From NCBI GenBank assembly GCA_016185615.1, contig JACPNE010000005.1:33622-97621 (forward strand): DNA of 64,000 nucleotides. The letters run 5' to 3'. Both the position numbers and the translations under genes were made by a program. Of the stretch, positions 46,914 to 55,088 are shown in pieces (position 1 is the stretch's first letter; each line of letters opens with the position of its first letter). The notes beneath the pieces are model-generated. The model had not been told where the DNA came from. It made no database searches and was given only the letters and a program-made list of their open reading frames with translations. This DNA is from Candidatus Woesearchaeota archaeon. GTDB lineage: Archaea > Nanobdellota > Nanobdellia > SCGC-AAA011-G17 > JACPNG01.

Positions 46914-47519
46914 ATGAAAGTTCTAAAAGAGAAAGAGGCAGAAGACTTTCTTGAGAAGAATGGATTTCCAGTAGCAAAAAGAGGATTAGCGAAGAAATAT
47001 GAGGAAGCTGAGAAAATAGCTTCCAAATTTGGATATCCAGTAACATTGAAAATTACGAATGAACTGCATAAAGCAGAGGTTGATGGGGTTAAAATAACCA
47101 ATAAGGAAGAATTAATGTCTGATTTTAAGGATTTAAAAAAGAAGAGCCAAGTAATCTTAGTTCAGGAGTATATCAAAGGAATCGAAATTATAGCTGGGTT
47201 AAAGAAAGATCCTACATTTGGTCATGTTCTATTGTTTGGATTGGGTGGAACTTATGTTGAGGTTATAAAAGATGTATCTTTTAGGATATGTCCTGTAGAA
47301 CTCAAGGATGTTAATGAAATGATACAAGAAACTAAGGGATACAATCTATTGAAGGGATATAGGGGCAAGAAATACAATATAAATTCCATTGAGGAAATTC
47401 TTATAAAATTATCAAAATTGTCCTTAAAATATCCCAATATTGAAGAGCTTGATATTAATCCATTAATTGTCAATAGTAAAGAATCTGTAATTGTTGATGC
47501 CAGAATTATAATGAAATAA
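46914..47519 (+). CDS. ADP-forming acetyl-CoA synthetase, beta (ATP-grasp) subunit
   Basis: EAEDFLEKNGFPVAK...GYPVTLKI...VDGVKI is the ATP-grasp_5 pattern. Confidence 0.7.
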   Translation: MKVLKEKEAEDFLEKNGFPVAKRGLAKKYEEAEKIASKFGYPVTLKITNELHKAEVDGVKITNKEELMSDFKDLKKKSQVILVQEYIKGIEIIAGLKKDPTFGHVLLFGLGGTYVEVIKDVSFRICPVELKDVNEMIQETKGYNLLKGYRGKKYNINSIEEILIKLSKLSLKYPNIEELDINPLIVNSKESVIVDARIIMK

Positions 47520-48531
47520 ATTTTTTTATTCTTTCTATAAATTCTGGAAAATCTTCCTTAGACACTTTTGCCCCGCATGCATGCTCATGGCCTCCGCCGA
47601 ATCCATCCAATCCTTTAAGTGCCTTTTCTAATATTGGCGGTAGAATTATTTTTCTGCTTCTTAAACTTAATCTCATCATATTCTCTTTCTCTCTTCCAAC
47701 TATTACAACCTTTCTTGGAAATTTGTATATTAATTCATTTGCTAATTCTTCATTGAATGTTATTGATGTTGTATTATACAAATATAAAAATAATTTTTCT
47801 TTTGTTTTTATTTTTAAGGCTTCTTCCAAGAATCTGGAATATATCCTATTTATCTTTTCATATTTTTGATATATTAATTTTCCCCTATTTGTGGTCTGAT
47901 TTAATATCTCATCCGGGCTTTCGACATTATAAATCAAATCTATAAATTCATTAACTTCAGATATCTTTCCCTTTAACATAAACGAAACCATCTTGACAAG
48001 CTTTCCTAATTCAGAATCAAATTTTATCTTGTCTAAATTTGTTTTTTTGATTAATCCAGGATACTTTTTTGAGAACTCTTTTGTAAACTCTGGAAGAAAA
48101 TAATCTCCAATGCATCCAACCATCGCTATCCATAAGTTTTCATTTACTACTTTATAACACCAGTATGATGTGGGTCTTCCATCACTTTTTCTTTGTAATC
48201 TTGGATTATAATATTTGACTCCTTTTCTTTCATATGGTCCATGATGATCCAGCCATATTACTGGGACATTTATTCTATCGATTAAATCTTGATCTACTAA
48301 AGGCTTGTCTAATATGAATATGAAATCGGGCCGATTATACTCTACTTTAGGCAAGAAGTCAACAGTTAAATTTGGAGTAGTTTTTGTTATTATTCCCTTG
48401 CCTCTATCTATATGTTTCTTTAATAATAAGTAAGAGCATAATCCATCTGTATCATCATCAAAGAAAAACAATGGATTTTCGGATTTTTCTAAGAAATTTT
48501 TTATTTCTGATAATTTACTTTTTGGTATCAT
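47506..48531 (-). CDS. DHH-family phosphoesterase (RecJ/NrnA-like)
   Basis: FFDDDTDG, WLDHHGP and GGGHEHACGA motifs. Confidence 0.7.
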   Translation of the reverse strand: MIPKSKLSEIKNFLEKSENPLFFFDDDTDGLCSYLLLKKHIDRGKGIITKTTPNLTVDFLPKVEYNRPDFIFILDKPLVDQDLIDRINVPVIWLDHHGPYERKGVKYYNPRLQRKSDGRPTSYWCYKVVNENLWIAMVGCIGDYFLPEFTKEFSKKYPGLIKKTNLDKIKFDSELGKLVKMVSFMLKGKISEVNEFIDLIYNVESPDEILNQTTNRGKLIYQKYEKINRIYSRFLEEALKIKTKEKLFLYLYNTTSITFNEELANELIYKFPRKVVIVGREKENMMRLSLRSRKIILPPILEKALKGLDGFGGGHEHACGAKVSKEDFPEFIERIKKFISL

Positions 48532-49091
48532 CTAATTTCCTTTAATGCGTCATCTATGTCTTGCTCCTTCCATCCCGTACTCAATAAGTTTTCTTTTATC
48601 CTCTCTTTTGAATGTCCCCTATATGTTGCTTCCTTTACATAAGTTCTTAGCAATGATTTATTAACCTTTCTTGTCTCATCGACTTTTTGGGTTTTAACTT
48701 GGGGTTTAATTTCTGGTTCTTTATAAAAATCCTCTGGCTTAGGAATTTCTGGAGACTTGTTTTGTGACATTTCTTTTGCTATATTTTCTAATCCGAGTTC
48801 TTGTTGCTTTTTTTTGTAGATATAAAATGCAATTGATATTCCTATTAAAAGCACAACAATGACAGCTATTACAACCACAACATAATTTGAACTTTTTTGT
48901 GAAGTACATTTATCATTGACACAAATCTCTCCAGCTTTACATACAACATCCTGGGGACAGACAGCACAATTCTCCCCACCATCTACTATTCCATTTCCAC
49001 ATAAATCTTCTTGAGAATAAACCTCTTTAACCGAAATTGTGGCTATACTAATCAAAAGTATGAAAATTGCAGATAAAAATCCTCTTTTCAT
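48528..49091 (-). CDS. Single-pass membrane protein with an extracellular Cys-rich repeat
   Basis: Signal peptide. LCGNGIVDGGENCAVCPQD is the same repeat type as in 8263..9903. One TM helix and a charged cytoplasmic tail. Confidence 0.45.
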   Translation of the reverse strand: MKRGFLSAIFILLISIATISVKEVYSQEDLCGNGIVDGGENCAVCPQDVVCKAGEICVNDKCTSQKSSNYVVVVIAVIVVLLIGISIAFYIYKKKQQELGLENIAKEMSQNKSPEIPKPEDFYKEPEIKPQVKTQKVDETRKVNKSLLRTYVKEATYRGHSKERIKENLLSTGWKEQDIDDALKEIR

Positions 49092-49124
49092 ATTAGCCTA
49101 TATAAATTATTTATTTAAATACTT

Positions 49125-50114
49125 TTAGGATTTTTTAGACTTAAATTTAGGATAAATATTTGTCTCCATAAAAACTTTGGTTGTTTTTACTACCCTATTA
49201 TTTTCTTTCATCATACCATTAAAATCAGTTAATGCATTTCCCAGGCAGATCAACTCATCTTTTAATGTTAATATTGCCACTTGTGAATCTTTTTCTATAT
49301 TATCATCTAATTTTGATATTCCATTTGAATATAAATCAGCCCCATGACATAATGCATCTACTGTAGTATCAAGAACCCATATTTTCGACAAATGAGGGAT
49401 TGAAAATTCTACAGGCATTATTATTCTTCTTAATTCATTTTCGTTTCCTTCATTATAAAATTCAAAGGCATCCTTTAAATCTTGTAATGTATTCCAATTA
49501 TTATCATTAAACGGACCAACTTTTGTTCTTACTAATTCAGCCATATGGGCTCCAATCCTAAGTCTTTGTCCGATATCGTGGCAAATTTTTCTTATGTAAG
49601 TTCCAGCCTCACATCCAACCCTGAATAATACATCTTTTCCTTTAATTTCTATGATTTCAATATAATATATTTCTCTTGTTCTTAATTGCCTTTTAATTGC
49701 AGATCTTATTGGGGGCAATTGTTCTATCTTTCCTGTAAACTCTTTCATCACTTTATAGATTTCTGATTGTGGAATTTCTTTATGAAGATGCATTATGGCT
49801 ACATACTCTTTTCCTAGTTTTAACAATGCTTGAACAATTCTTGTTGCTTTTGACAATGCTACTGGCAATACTCCTGTAACTCTGGGATCTAATGTTCCGG
49901 AATGCCCGGATATATTTATATTTAAGATTCTTTGGACATAGGAAGAAACTTGATGTGAGCTAGGACCATCTGGCTTGTTAATGTTAATTATTCCATATTT
50001 TATTAATTCTGGAATTGGTCTTTGATCTGGAAAGCATCCATACTCTTTAGAAGTCTTATCTCTTCTTTTTGTTATTACTTTTCTCTTTATTTCTTCATAT
50101 GGAAGTTTACCCAT
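49125..50114 (-). CDS. cbf5: tRNA/rRNA pseudouridine synthase Cbf5 (H/ACA RNP catalytic subunit)
   Basis: GTLDPRVTGVLPVAL TruB motif and a C-terminal PUA domain. Confidence 0.9.
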   Translation of the reverse strand: MGKLPYEEIKRKVITKRRDKTSKEYGCFPDQRPIPELIKYGIININKPDGPSSHQVSSYVQRILNINISGHSGTLDPRVTGVLPVALSKATRIVQALLKLGKEYVAIMHLHKEIPQSEIYKVMKEFTGKIEQLPPIRSAIKRQLRTREIYYIEIIEIKGKDVLFRVGCEAGTYIRKICHDIGQRLRIGAHMAELVRTKVGPFNDNNWNTLQDLKDAFEFYNEGNENELRRIIMPVEFSIPHLSKIWVLDTTVDALCHGADLYSNGISKLDDNIEKDSQVAILTLKDELICLGNALTDFNGMMKENNRVVKTTKVFMETNIYPKFKSKKS

Positions 50115-50119
50115 AAGAA

Positions 50120-50674
50120 TTATTTATGCTGAAATGCGCCTTTTAATCCGCCTTCTCCGCCAACAACTTTCTCTCTTTTCCTGTGAGCATGAGCTTTTTC
50201 CGGAATCTTAGCAGCTTCTATTTGTTTAGATTTGCTTTTCTGTAATTCTTCAGACTTTGTTTCCAATACTTCCTTCTTTTCTTTCTCTTCTTCTATCTTG
50301 TGCTCATCTACTTTTTCTTCTTTCTTCTCTTCCTTCTTTGGTCTCTTTACAACATCTTTTACTTTTTGTGCTATATTCTTTTTTTCTTCAGACTTTTTAG
50401 AAGGAATAGATGCTAATTCAACTCTTACTATCTGTAATTTATCCTTGTCTTCTTCTTTTGTTATTCTTACTTGTACTTTATGTGGGGGGTTTTTTCTTCC
50501 CCTAGATAACATTAATTCATTTAGATAAGGACCAATTTTAACAACTTGTGTCTTCATGTGTTTTTGGGCAAATGATCTAATTGCCTTTATTGCTTTTCTA
50601 GTTCTTATATATCTTGGAACTTTCAAAAATTCCTTCCTTAAAGGGATAGTGTATAATCTTTCATTGTCTGCCAT
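50120..50674 (-). CDS. rpl31e: Ribosomal protein L31e with a roughly 95-aa Lys/Glu-rich C-terminal extension
   Basis: The N-terminal 90 aa (YTIPLRK...R.KAIKAIR.F..KHM...V.I...LNE...SRG..NPP.KV.V) is L31e. The remainder is KE-rich low complexity. Confidence 0.8.
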   Translation of the reverse strand: MADNERLYTIPLRKEFLKVPRYIRTRKAIKAIRSFAQKHMKTQVVKIGPYLNELMLSRGRKNPPHKVQVRITKEEDKDKLQIVRVELASIPSKKSEEKKNIAQKVKDVVKRPKKEEKKEEKVDEHKIEEEKEKKEVLETKSEELQKSKSKQIEAAKIPEKAHAHRKREKVVGGEGGLKGAFQHK

Positions 50675-50675
50675 T

Positions 50676-50864
50676 TTAAGCTTTTGTCTTTACCCTCCTC
50701 CAATGTCTTTTAACTACTGTATGTCTTCCAGGATGCACCCTTCTAGTTTTTCCATATATTTTTGGAACTGTCCAGAAAGGAGCCCATTTTGTTTGTCTTC
50801 TCTTCTTAGCTAATCTTAATTTTTTTCCTAGCCATTTAATTGCCATTTTTCTATTCAACTCCAT
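50676..50864 (-). CDS. rpl39e: Ribosomal protein L39e
   Basis: KKLRLAKKRRQTKWAPFWTVPK, about 60 aa. Confidence 0.85.
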   Translation of the reverse strand: MELNRKMAIKWLGKKLRLAKKRRQTKWAPFWTVPKIYGKTRRVHPGRHTVVKRHWRRVKTKA

Positions 50865-51147
50865 AAATCTCTGTTATTCTTATGTAATCCCTATGATACA
50901 TATCACCTTTAAAGTAACTTCCACTTGCTGAGATTGTTGCATTTTCTCTTATTTCTTCATTTATTTCTTTACCTAATAATGCTCTTACTCTAAAACCTTC
51001 TTCATCCACTAACTCAATCCACTTATTTCCTTCTAACCCAGCTTTTACACCAATAATTTTGAGTTCTAAATTAATTTTTATACTTGGATTCAAATCTACT
51101 TGTTCTTTGATTTTTTGGATTGAATCAAAAACTTCTCCAATTGCCAT
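50851..51147 (-). CDS. Hypothetical protein in the ribosomal cluster
   Basis: 98-aa ORF tightly packed between the L39e and PDCD5-like genes. No motif recognised. Confidence 0.4.
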   Translation of the reverse strand: MAIGEVFDSIQKIKEQVDLNPSIKINLELKIIGVKAGLEGNKWIELVDEEGFRVRALLGKEINEEIRENATISASGSYFKGDMYHRDYIRITEIYGVE

Positions 51148-51480
51148 TTAAACTCTCCTCAACTTAAACTCTTTCTTTGGAGCATCTAATTGTCTTAATA
51201 ATTCCTTGAATTTTATATCATCTATTTTTTCATTTAATTGTCTACTCTGGGATAATTGAACAATCAATGTCATAACATGGATTGCTTTTTCAGGATAGGC
51301 AACCCTTAAATTGCCATATCTTTGTAATGCTTCTTTTGTCAGATATTGTTTTCCTAGACTTTCTAAAAAATCTATCTGCTGTTGTAATTTAATCTCTTCT
51401 TGTAACTGTTTTTGTGATTGCTCTATATTTCTGTTTTGCAGTTCTTCTAGTCTTCTTTTCTTTATTTCATCTAAACTCAT
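51148..51480 (-). CDS. PDCD5/TFAR19-related DNA-binding protein
   Basis: LEELQ...QQQ...LTKEALQRYGNLRVAYPEKA pattern, in the conserved archaeal position next to S19e. Confidence 0.75.
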   Translation of the reverse strand: MSLDEIKKRRLEELQNRNIEQSQKQLQEEIKLQQQIDFLESLGKQYLTKEALQRYGNLRVAYPEKAIHVMTLIVQLSQSRQLNEKIDDIKFKELLRQLDAPKKEFKLRRV

Positions 51481-51878
51481 TTTATTTTATCTAAGAAGCT
51501 TTTTCCTTTTGGGGTTATTAATCTTCCCTTATGTACTCCCTTAGATTCTTGCTTTATTAATTGCTGCTGCTCTAATTGCTGTAAAATAGTTCTTATTATT
51601 TTTGTTGAGCCATTATAGAACTTTCCTGGCTTATGACCCATATTCTTTTTATTTCCATATTTTTTAGATAACTTTGATGTTCCTATTGGACCATTAATGT
51701 ATATTTTTCTTAATATTGAAGCTGCCCTTATATACCACCAATCTTTGTTCTCTGGTGGTCTTTCTCTTCCTGCTCCTGTCTTTACGAATATATACCATTC
51801 CGGAGCCTTAATTACCTTTTTCAGCTCCTGAGCAGCCTTTTCTATAACCTCATTTGGCTCTTTATCATAAATTGTCAT
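51477..51878 (-). CDS. rps19e: Ribosomal protein S19e
   Basis: PEWYIFVKTGAGRERPP...DWWYIRAASILRK. Confidence 0.85.
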   Translation of the reverse strand: MTIYDKEPNEVIEKAAQELKKVIKAPEWYIFVKTGAGRERPPENKDWWYIRAASILRKIYINGPIGTSKLSKKYGNKKNMGHKPGKFYNGSTKIIRTILQQLEQQQLIKQESKGVHKGRLITPKGKSFLDKIK

Positions 51879-51900
51879 AATTTCTCTTTAGAAAATGGCT

Positions 51901-52353
51901 TTAAAAATCTTTTCTTTTATCCTTTAAATTCTTTATCAATTCTTTGGCATTATCAAAAGTAAGCATCTTAATAGCTGTTTCTTTGTCTACCCATTTATAG
52001 TCGTCATGCTCTATAACAGAATTTTTATGTAAACTTATCTTTTGTTCAATATCAGCTCTAACTATGAATACATCTAAAATTATATTTTTAACTGTTCTCT
52101 CTTTATTATAGAATATTATCTTTTTATTCAAACTTTTCTCTATCTTAAAATCTTTTAAGTTAGTCTCTTCTTTTATCTCTCTTTCAAGTGCTTTAGTAAT
52201 ATTATCTTCTTCCCCATCTTCCAATGTTCCTTTCAATAATTCCCAACCTTTCCACCTAAGAATTCTATGCAAAATCAAGAAATATGGTTTTTCTTCTTTG
52301 ATATCATAAATTATTGCCTGTACTTTTTTGGAAATTTTTATACCTTTTTCCAC
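51901..52353 (-). CDS. NUDIX hydrolase
   Basis: GTLEDGEEDNITKALEREIKEETNL is the Nudix box GX5EX7REUXEEXGU. Confidence 0.7.
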   Translation of the reverse strand: MEKGIKISKKVQAIIYDIKEEKPYFLILHRILRWKGWELLKGTLEDGEEDNITKALEREIKEETNLKDFKIEKSLNKKIIFYNKERTVKNIILDVFIVRADIEQKISLHKNSVIEHDDYKWVDKETAIKMLTFDNAKELIKNLKDKRKDF

Positions 52354-53690
52354 CTTACCCCTTCTTTAGTGTCCTCTAAAATAATCCCTTTTTCTTTTAA
52401 TTCATTTCTTATTTCATCAGCTTTCTTAAAATCTTTTTTCTTTCTTGCTTTTTCCCTTTCTTCTATAAGCTTAGTTATTTGTTTGTCTAATGAAATATCT
52501 TCAAATGTTAATACATTAAATATAGAATCTATCTCTTCAAAAAATTCCAATGCTTTTTTACTTCCCCCTTTTTTATTCACTTCTCTAATAAAATCAAATA
52601 GTATAGCAAATGCTTTCGGGGTGTCAAAGTCATTGTCCATTGCTTCAATGAATAATTTTTTTGTCTTTTCAATTAATTTTATATTGTCTTTATCTTTGCT
52701 AGTTCTTAGTTTTATTATCAAATCATTTATTCTTTTTAGGCTGTTTGAAGACTGTTCCAATAATTTTTTTGAGAAGTCTATTGGCATCCTATAATGATTT
52801 GATATAAAAAAATATCTTATAACTTTTGGATCATACTCTTTTGTTATGTCCCTTATGTTGAATACATTTCCCAATGACTTTGACATCTTTTTTCCCTCAA
52901 CATTAAGAAATCCAGTATGCAACCAATACTTTACAAATGGTTTCTTTCCAGAGACTGATTCCATCTGTGCTATCTCAGCCTCATGGTGGGGGAATATCAA
53001 ATCTCTTGCTCCGCCGTGTACGTCATACTGAGAACCGAACAATGTTTCTGTAATTGATGTATCTTCTATATGCCATCCAGGTCTTCCGGATCCTATTTTT
53101 GTATTCCAAGATGGCTCTCCTTCTTTAGAAAATTTCCACAAGCAAAAATCCCCTTTGTTTCTTTTATTTACGCTGTCATCTATTCTTGATACAGCATCTT
53201 CTGCTTCCAATGCTTTTTTTCCTGATAATTTTCCATAATCTTTAAACTTTGATAAATCAAAATAAATTCCATCCTCTATCCTATAGGCATATCCCTTTTT
53301 CATTAACCTTTCAACTTGGGAGACTATCTTATCTATAAAATCAGTTGCTCTTGCATACTTATTGACAGAGTCTACTCCAATTTTCTTTATATCTTCATAA
53401 TAATAATTTTCATATTCTTTTGCTAATCTTAATGGGTCTTTTTTTAGTTGTTTTGCTCTGTCAATTATCTTGTCATCCAAATCTGTTATGTTTTGCAAAT
53501 AGAAAACTTTGTATTTTTTATATCTCAAATATTTAACAATAATATCAAACTGGATATAAGTTTTAGCATGCCCTATGTGTGTATAGTCATATACAGTTGG
53601 ACCACAGACAAAAAGATTAACTTTTTTTCCTTTTAATGGCTTAAATATTTCTTTCTTTCTCTTTAATGTGTTATATACTTTTAACACCAT
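52338..53690 (-). CDS. cysS: Cysteinyl-tRNA synthetase
   Basis: CGPTVYDYTHIGHA (HIGH), KMSKSLGN, WHIEDT. Confidence 0.9.
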   Translation of the reverse strand: MVLKVYNTLKRKKEIFKPLKGKKVNLFVCGPTVYDYTHIGHAKTYIQFDIIVKYLRYKKYKVFYLQNITDLDDKIIDRAKQLKKDPLRLAKEYENYYYEDIKKIGVDSVNKYARATDFIDKIVSQVERLMKKGYAYRIEDGIYFDLSKFKDYGKLSGKKALEAEDAVSRIDDSVNKRNKGDFCLWKFSKEGEPSWNTKIGSGRPGWHIEDTSITETLFGSQYDVHGGARDLIFPHHEAEIAQMESVSGKKPFVKYWLHTGFLNVEGKKMSKSLGNVFNIRDITKEYDPKVIRYFFISNHYRMPIDFSKKLLEQSSNSLKRINDLIIKLRTSKDKDNIKLIEKTKKLFIEAMDNDFDTPKAFAILFDFIREVNKKGGSKKALEFFEEIDSIFNVLTFEDISLDKQITKLIEEREKARKKKDFKKADEIRNELKEKGIILEDTKEGVRWKKV

Positions 53691-53733
53691 AAAATAGGAA
53701 TATTATCTTGAATATATAAATGTTAAGTTAGAG

Positions 53734-53772
53734 TCTTTCATATCAAGAATAAAGGGATTAAGGAATGCAACG
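53734..53772 (-). repeat. Copy A of a roughly 39-nt repeat (leader plus ATGAAAGA), followed only by a 12-codon mini-ORF
   Basis: Minus strand: CGTTGCATTCCTTAATCCCTTTATTCTTGATATGAAAGA. Compare copy B at 54063-54102. Confidence 0.6.
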
Positions 53773-53800
53773 TAATAAAAATGTTTTGATGTTGAAAGAA

Positions 53801-54070
53801 TTAAATGTGATTTGTGAATCTTTGTCCTTTGTATGATAATCTTACCTCATAAGCCCACCTATTTGATTCTACTTCTTCTCTAAATCTTCTATTCAAGTAA
53901 GCTCGTTCATTGACTCCTTGAGGCATTTCTTCATGAATTATTCTAACTATTTTAGTATGGTCTTCAACTCTAACTTCTATTCTACTTTTTGAACTTTCCC
54001 ATGTTCCCATCTTATTTCTGCAAAATTTAGCTATATAAAATTTGTTGTGATAAAAATCAATCTCTTTCAT
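53801..54070 (-). CDS. Hypothetical 89-aa protein
   Basis: ORF preceded by repeat copy B. No motif recognised. Confidence 0.4.
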   Translation of the reverse strand: MKEIDFYHNKFYIAKFCRNKMGTWESSKSRIEVRVEDHTKIVRIIHEEMPQGVNERAYLNRRFREEVESNRWAYEVRLSYKGQRFTNHI

Positions 54071-54102
54071 TCTAAGAACAAAGAGATTAAGGAATGCAAC
54101 AG
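54063..54102 (-). repeat. Copy B of the roughly 39-nt repeat, spanning the 5' leader and first codons of the 89-aa gene
   Basis: Minus strand: CTGTTGCATTCCTTAATCTCTTTGTTCTTAGAATGAAAGA. Confidence 0.6.
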
Positions 54103-54696
54103 CTAGAATAATCCTCTGCCTTTCTCTATATTCACTACAAATGCAGAAGTTGCATATGGGGCTGATTGTCCACTTGTTGTTATTGTTATTCCGTAAGCTG
54201 GAGTCCTTCCTAATCCAGAGGATAATGGAGCACTTGTTGTTGTAGCTACTTGAACTACAAATGTTGCTTGCTGTCCTTCATTTAAGGTTATAGAAGATTC
54301 AGATATGACTCTTGCTTCTACTACGCCAGTTGGATAGCCTGCGGGTGGCCTTGGAGTTAGTTGTAAAGAGAATGTTCTTTGTCCGCTTAGTGTTCCATCA
54401 TGTCCCACTTGAACTTTAAATGTGGTTGATTTTCCCTGTTGTACTATAACAGAAGAAGGGACTGAAATTTTTGCATCTATACTTAATGTGTCTATTATTG
54501 TTGAACCCTTTCCAAATACTTCGTCGCTTAAAGAAGTTAATTTTCCAAATATTCCTTTTGTAAAAACTAATCCTAAGGTAAGAATTGTAATTCCTATAAC
54601 AACTATGACTATTGTTGTTATGGAAAGTTCTAATGCACCCCTTTTCTTTTTATCCATTATAATCTTATTGACTGTATTATATATAAATATTTCCAC
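54103..54696 (-). CDS. Archaeal type IV pilin-like protein (class III signal peptide)
   Basis: MDKKKRG/ALELSITTIVIVVIGITILTLG is a basic stretch, a Gly cleavage-site context and a hydrophobic helix. The probable true start is the Met at 54657. The C-terminal beta-rich domain is noticeably more GC-rich. Ends in TAG. Confidence 0.5.
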   Translation of the reverse strand: MEIFIYNTVNKIIMDKKKRGALELSITTIVIVVIGITILTLGLVFTKGIFGKLTSLSDEVFGKGSTIIDTLSIDAKISVPSSVIVQQGKSTTFKVQVGHDGTLSGQRTFSLQLTPRPPAGYPTGVVEARVISESSITLNEGQQATFVVQVATTTSAPLSSGLGRTPAYGITITTSGQSAPYATSAFVVNIEKGRGLF

Positions 54697-54848
54697 TAAT
54701 ATCTTTTAAGTGGGACAGTTTGAATATATCTAGTCAATTTTTCATTGCCCCTATAAACATCAACTTGAACTAATCCTGGTTTGACACGATAGAATTCTAC
54801 TCTTGGTTTTTCTTCTCTAAACGATTTTAACAAATCTATTAGTCCCAT
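54696..54848 (-). CDS. Possible 50-aa protein, the trimmed version of track ORF 54696..54917
   Basis: The N-terminal 23 codons of the track ORF overlap the tRNA-Phe 3' exon and start at GTG. The internal ATG at 54848 gives MGLIDLLKSFREEKPRVEFYRV... Confidence 0.3.
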   Translation of the reverse strand: MGLIDLLKSFREEKPRVEFYRVKPGLVQVDVYRGNEKLTRYIQTVPLKRY

Positions 54849-54881
54849 CTTAATATTATGATTTATTTTTTTATAAAGATA

Positions 54882-55008
54882 TGGGAACGGGGTGATTGTC
54901 ATGAGATAAATTTTCACTTATCTTATTTTGAACACCCGACACCCACGGCTTCAGCGTGGTGCTCTCCCAGGTTGCTCAACATTTAATATGTTTCTGAGCT
55001 ACGTTCCC
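54882..55008 (-). tRNA. tRNA-Phe (anticodon GAA) with two non-canonical introns (D-loop about 22 nt, T-loop about 31 nt)
   Basis: Folded by hand on the minus strand. Acceptor GGGAACG/CGTTCCC plus discriminator A73. D stem GCTC/GAGC. Anticodon arm CCACG-CTGAAGC-CGTGG, with G37. Variable region GTGTC. T stem GGGTG/CACCC. Removing about 54972-54993 and about 54898-54928 gives a canonical 74-nt tRNA. Both inserts contain hairpins (AACAT/ATGTT and AGATAA/TTATCT). Confidence 0.8.
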
Positions 55009-55033
55009 AATAGAATTAGTTACGATAGTCACT

Positions 55034-55043
55034 ATTTTAAAAA
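55034..55043 (-). promoter_or_regulatory. TATA box for tRNA-Phe (divergent from the valS promoter)
   Basis: Minus strand tttttaaaat is centred about 30 nt upstream of the tRNA 5' end at 55008. Confidence 0.5.
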
Positions 55044-55088
55044 CCTTTTCATAAACTATTTAAATAATTATAAGAGAATTCTATATTA

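Noticed and set aside
52267-52794. A 175-aa plus-strand ORF spanning the Nudix/cysS junction. Similar antisense ORFs lie at 44246..44641, 46167..46520, 59509..59847, 3897..4232 and 33092..33304.
   Set aside because: All lie opposite well-supported genes and translate to Phe/Ser/Ile/Leu-rich low-complexity sequence. They were treated as non-coding.
54849-54917. The N-terminal 23 codons (GTG start) of track ORF 54696..54917.
   Set aside because: This stretch is the 3' exon and part of the T-loop intron of tRNA-Phe. Only the portion from the ATG at 54848 is kept, as a low-confidence small ORF.
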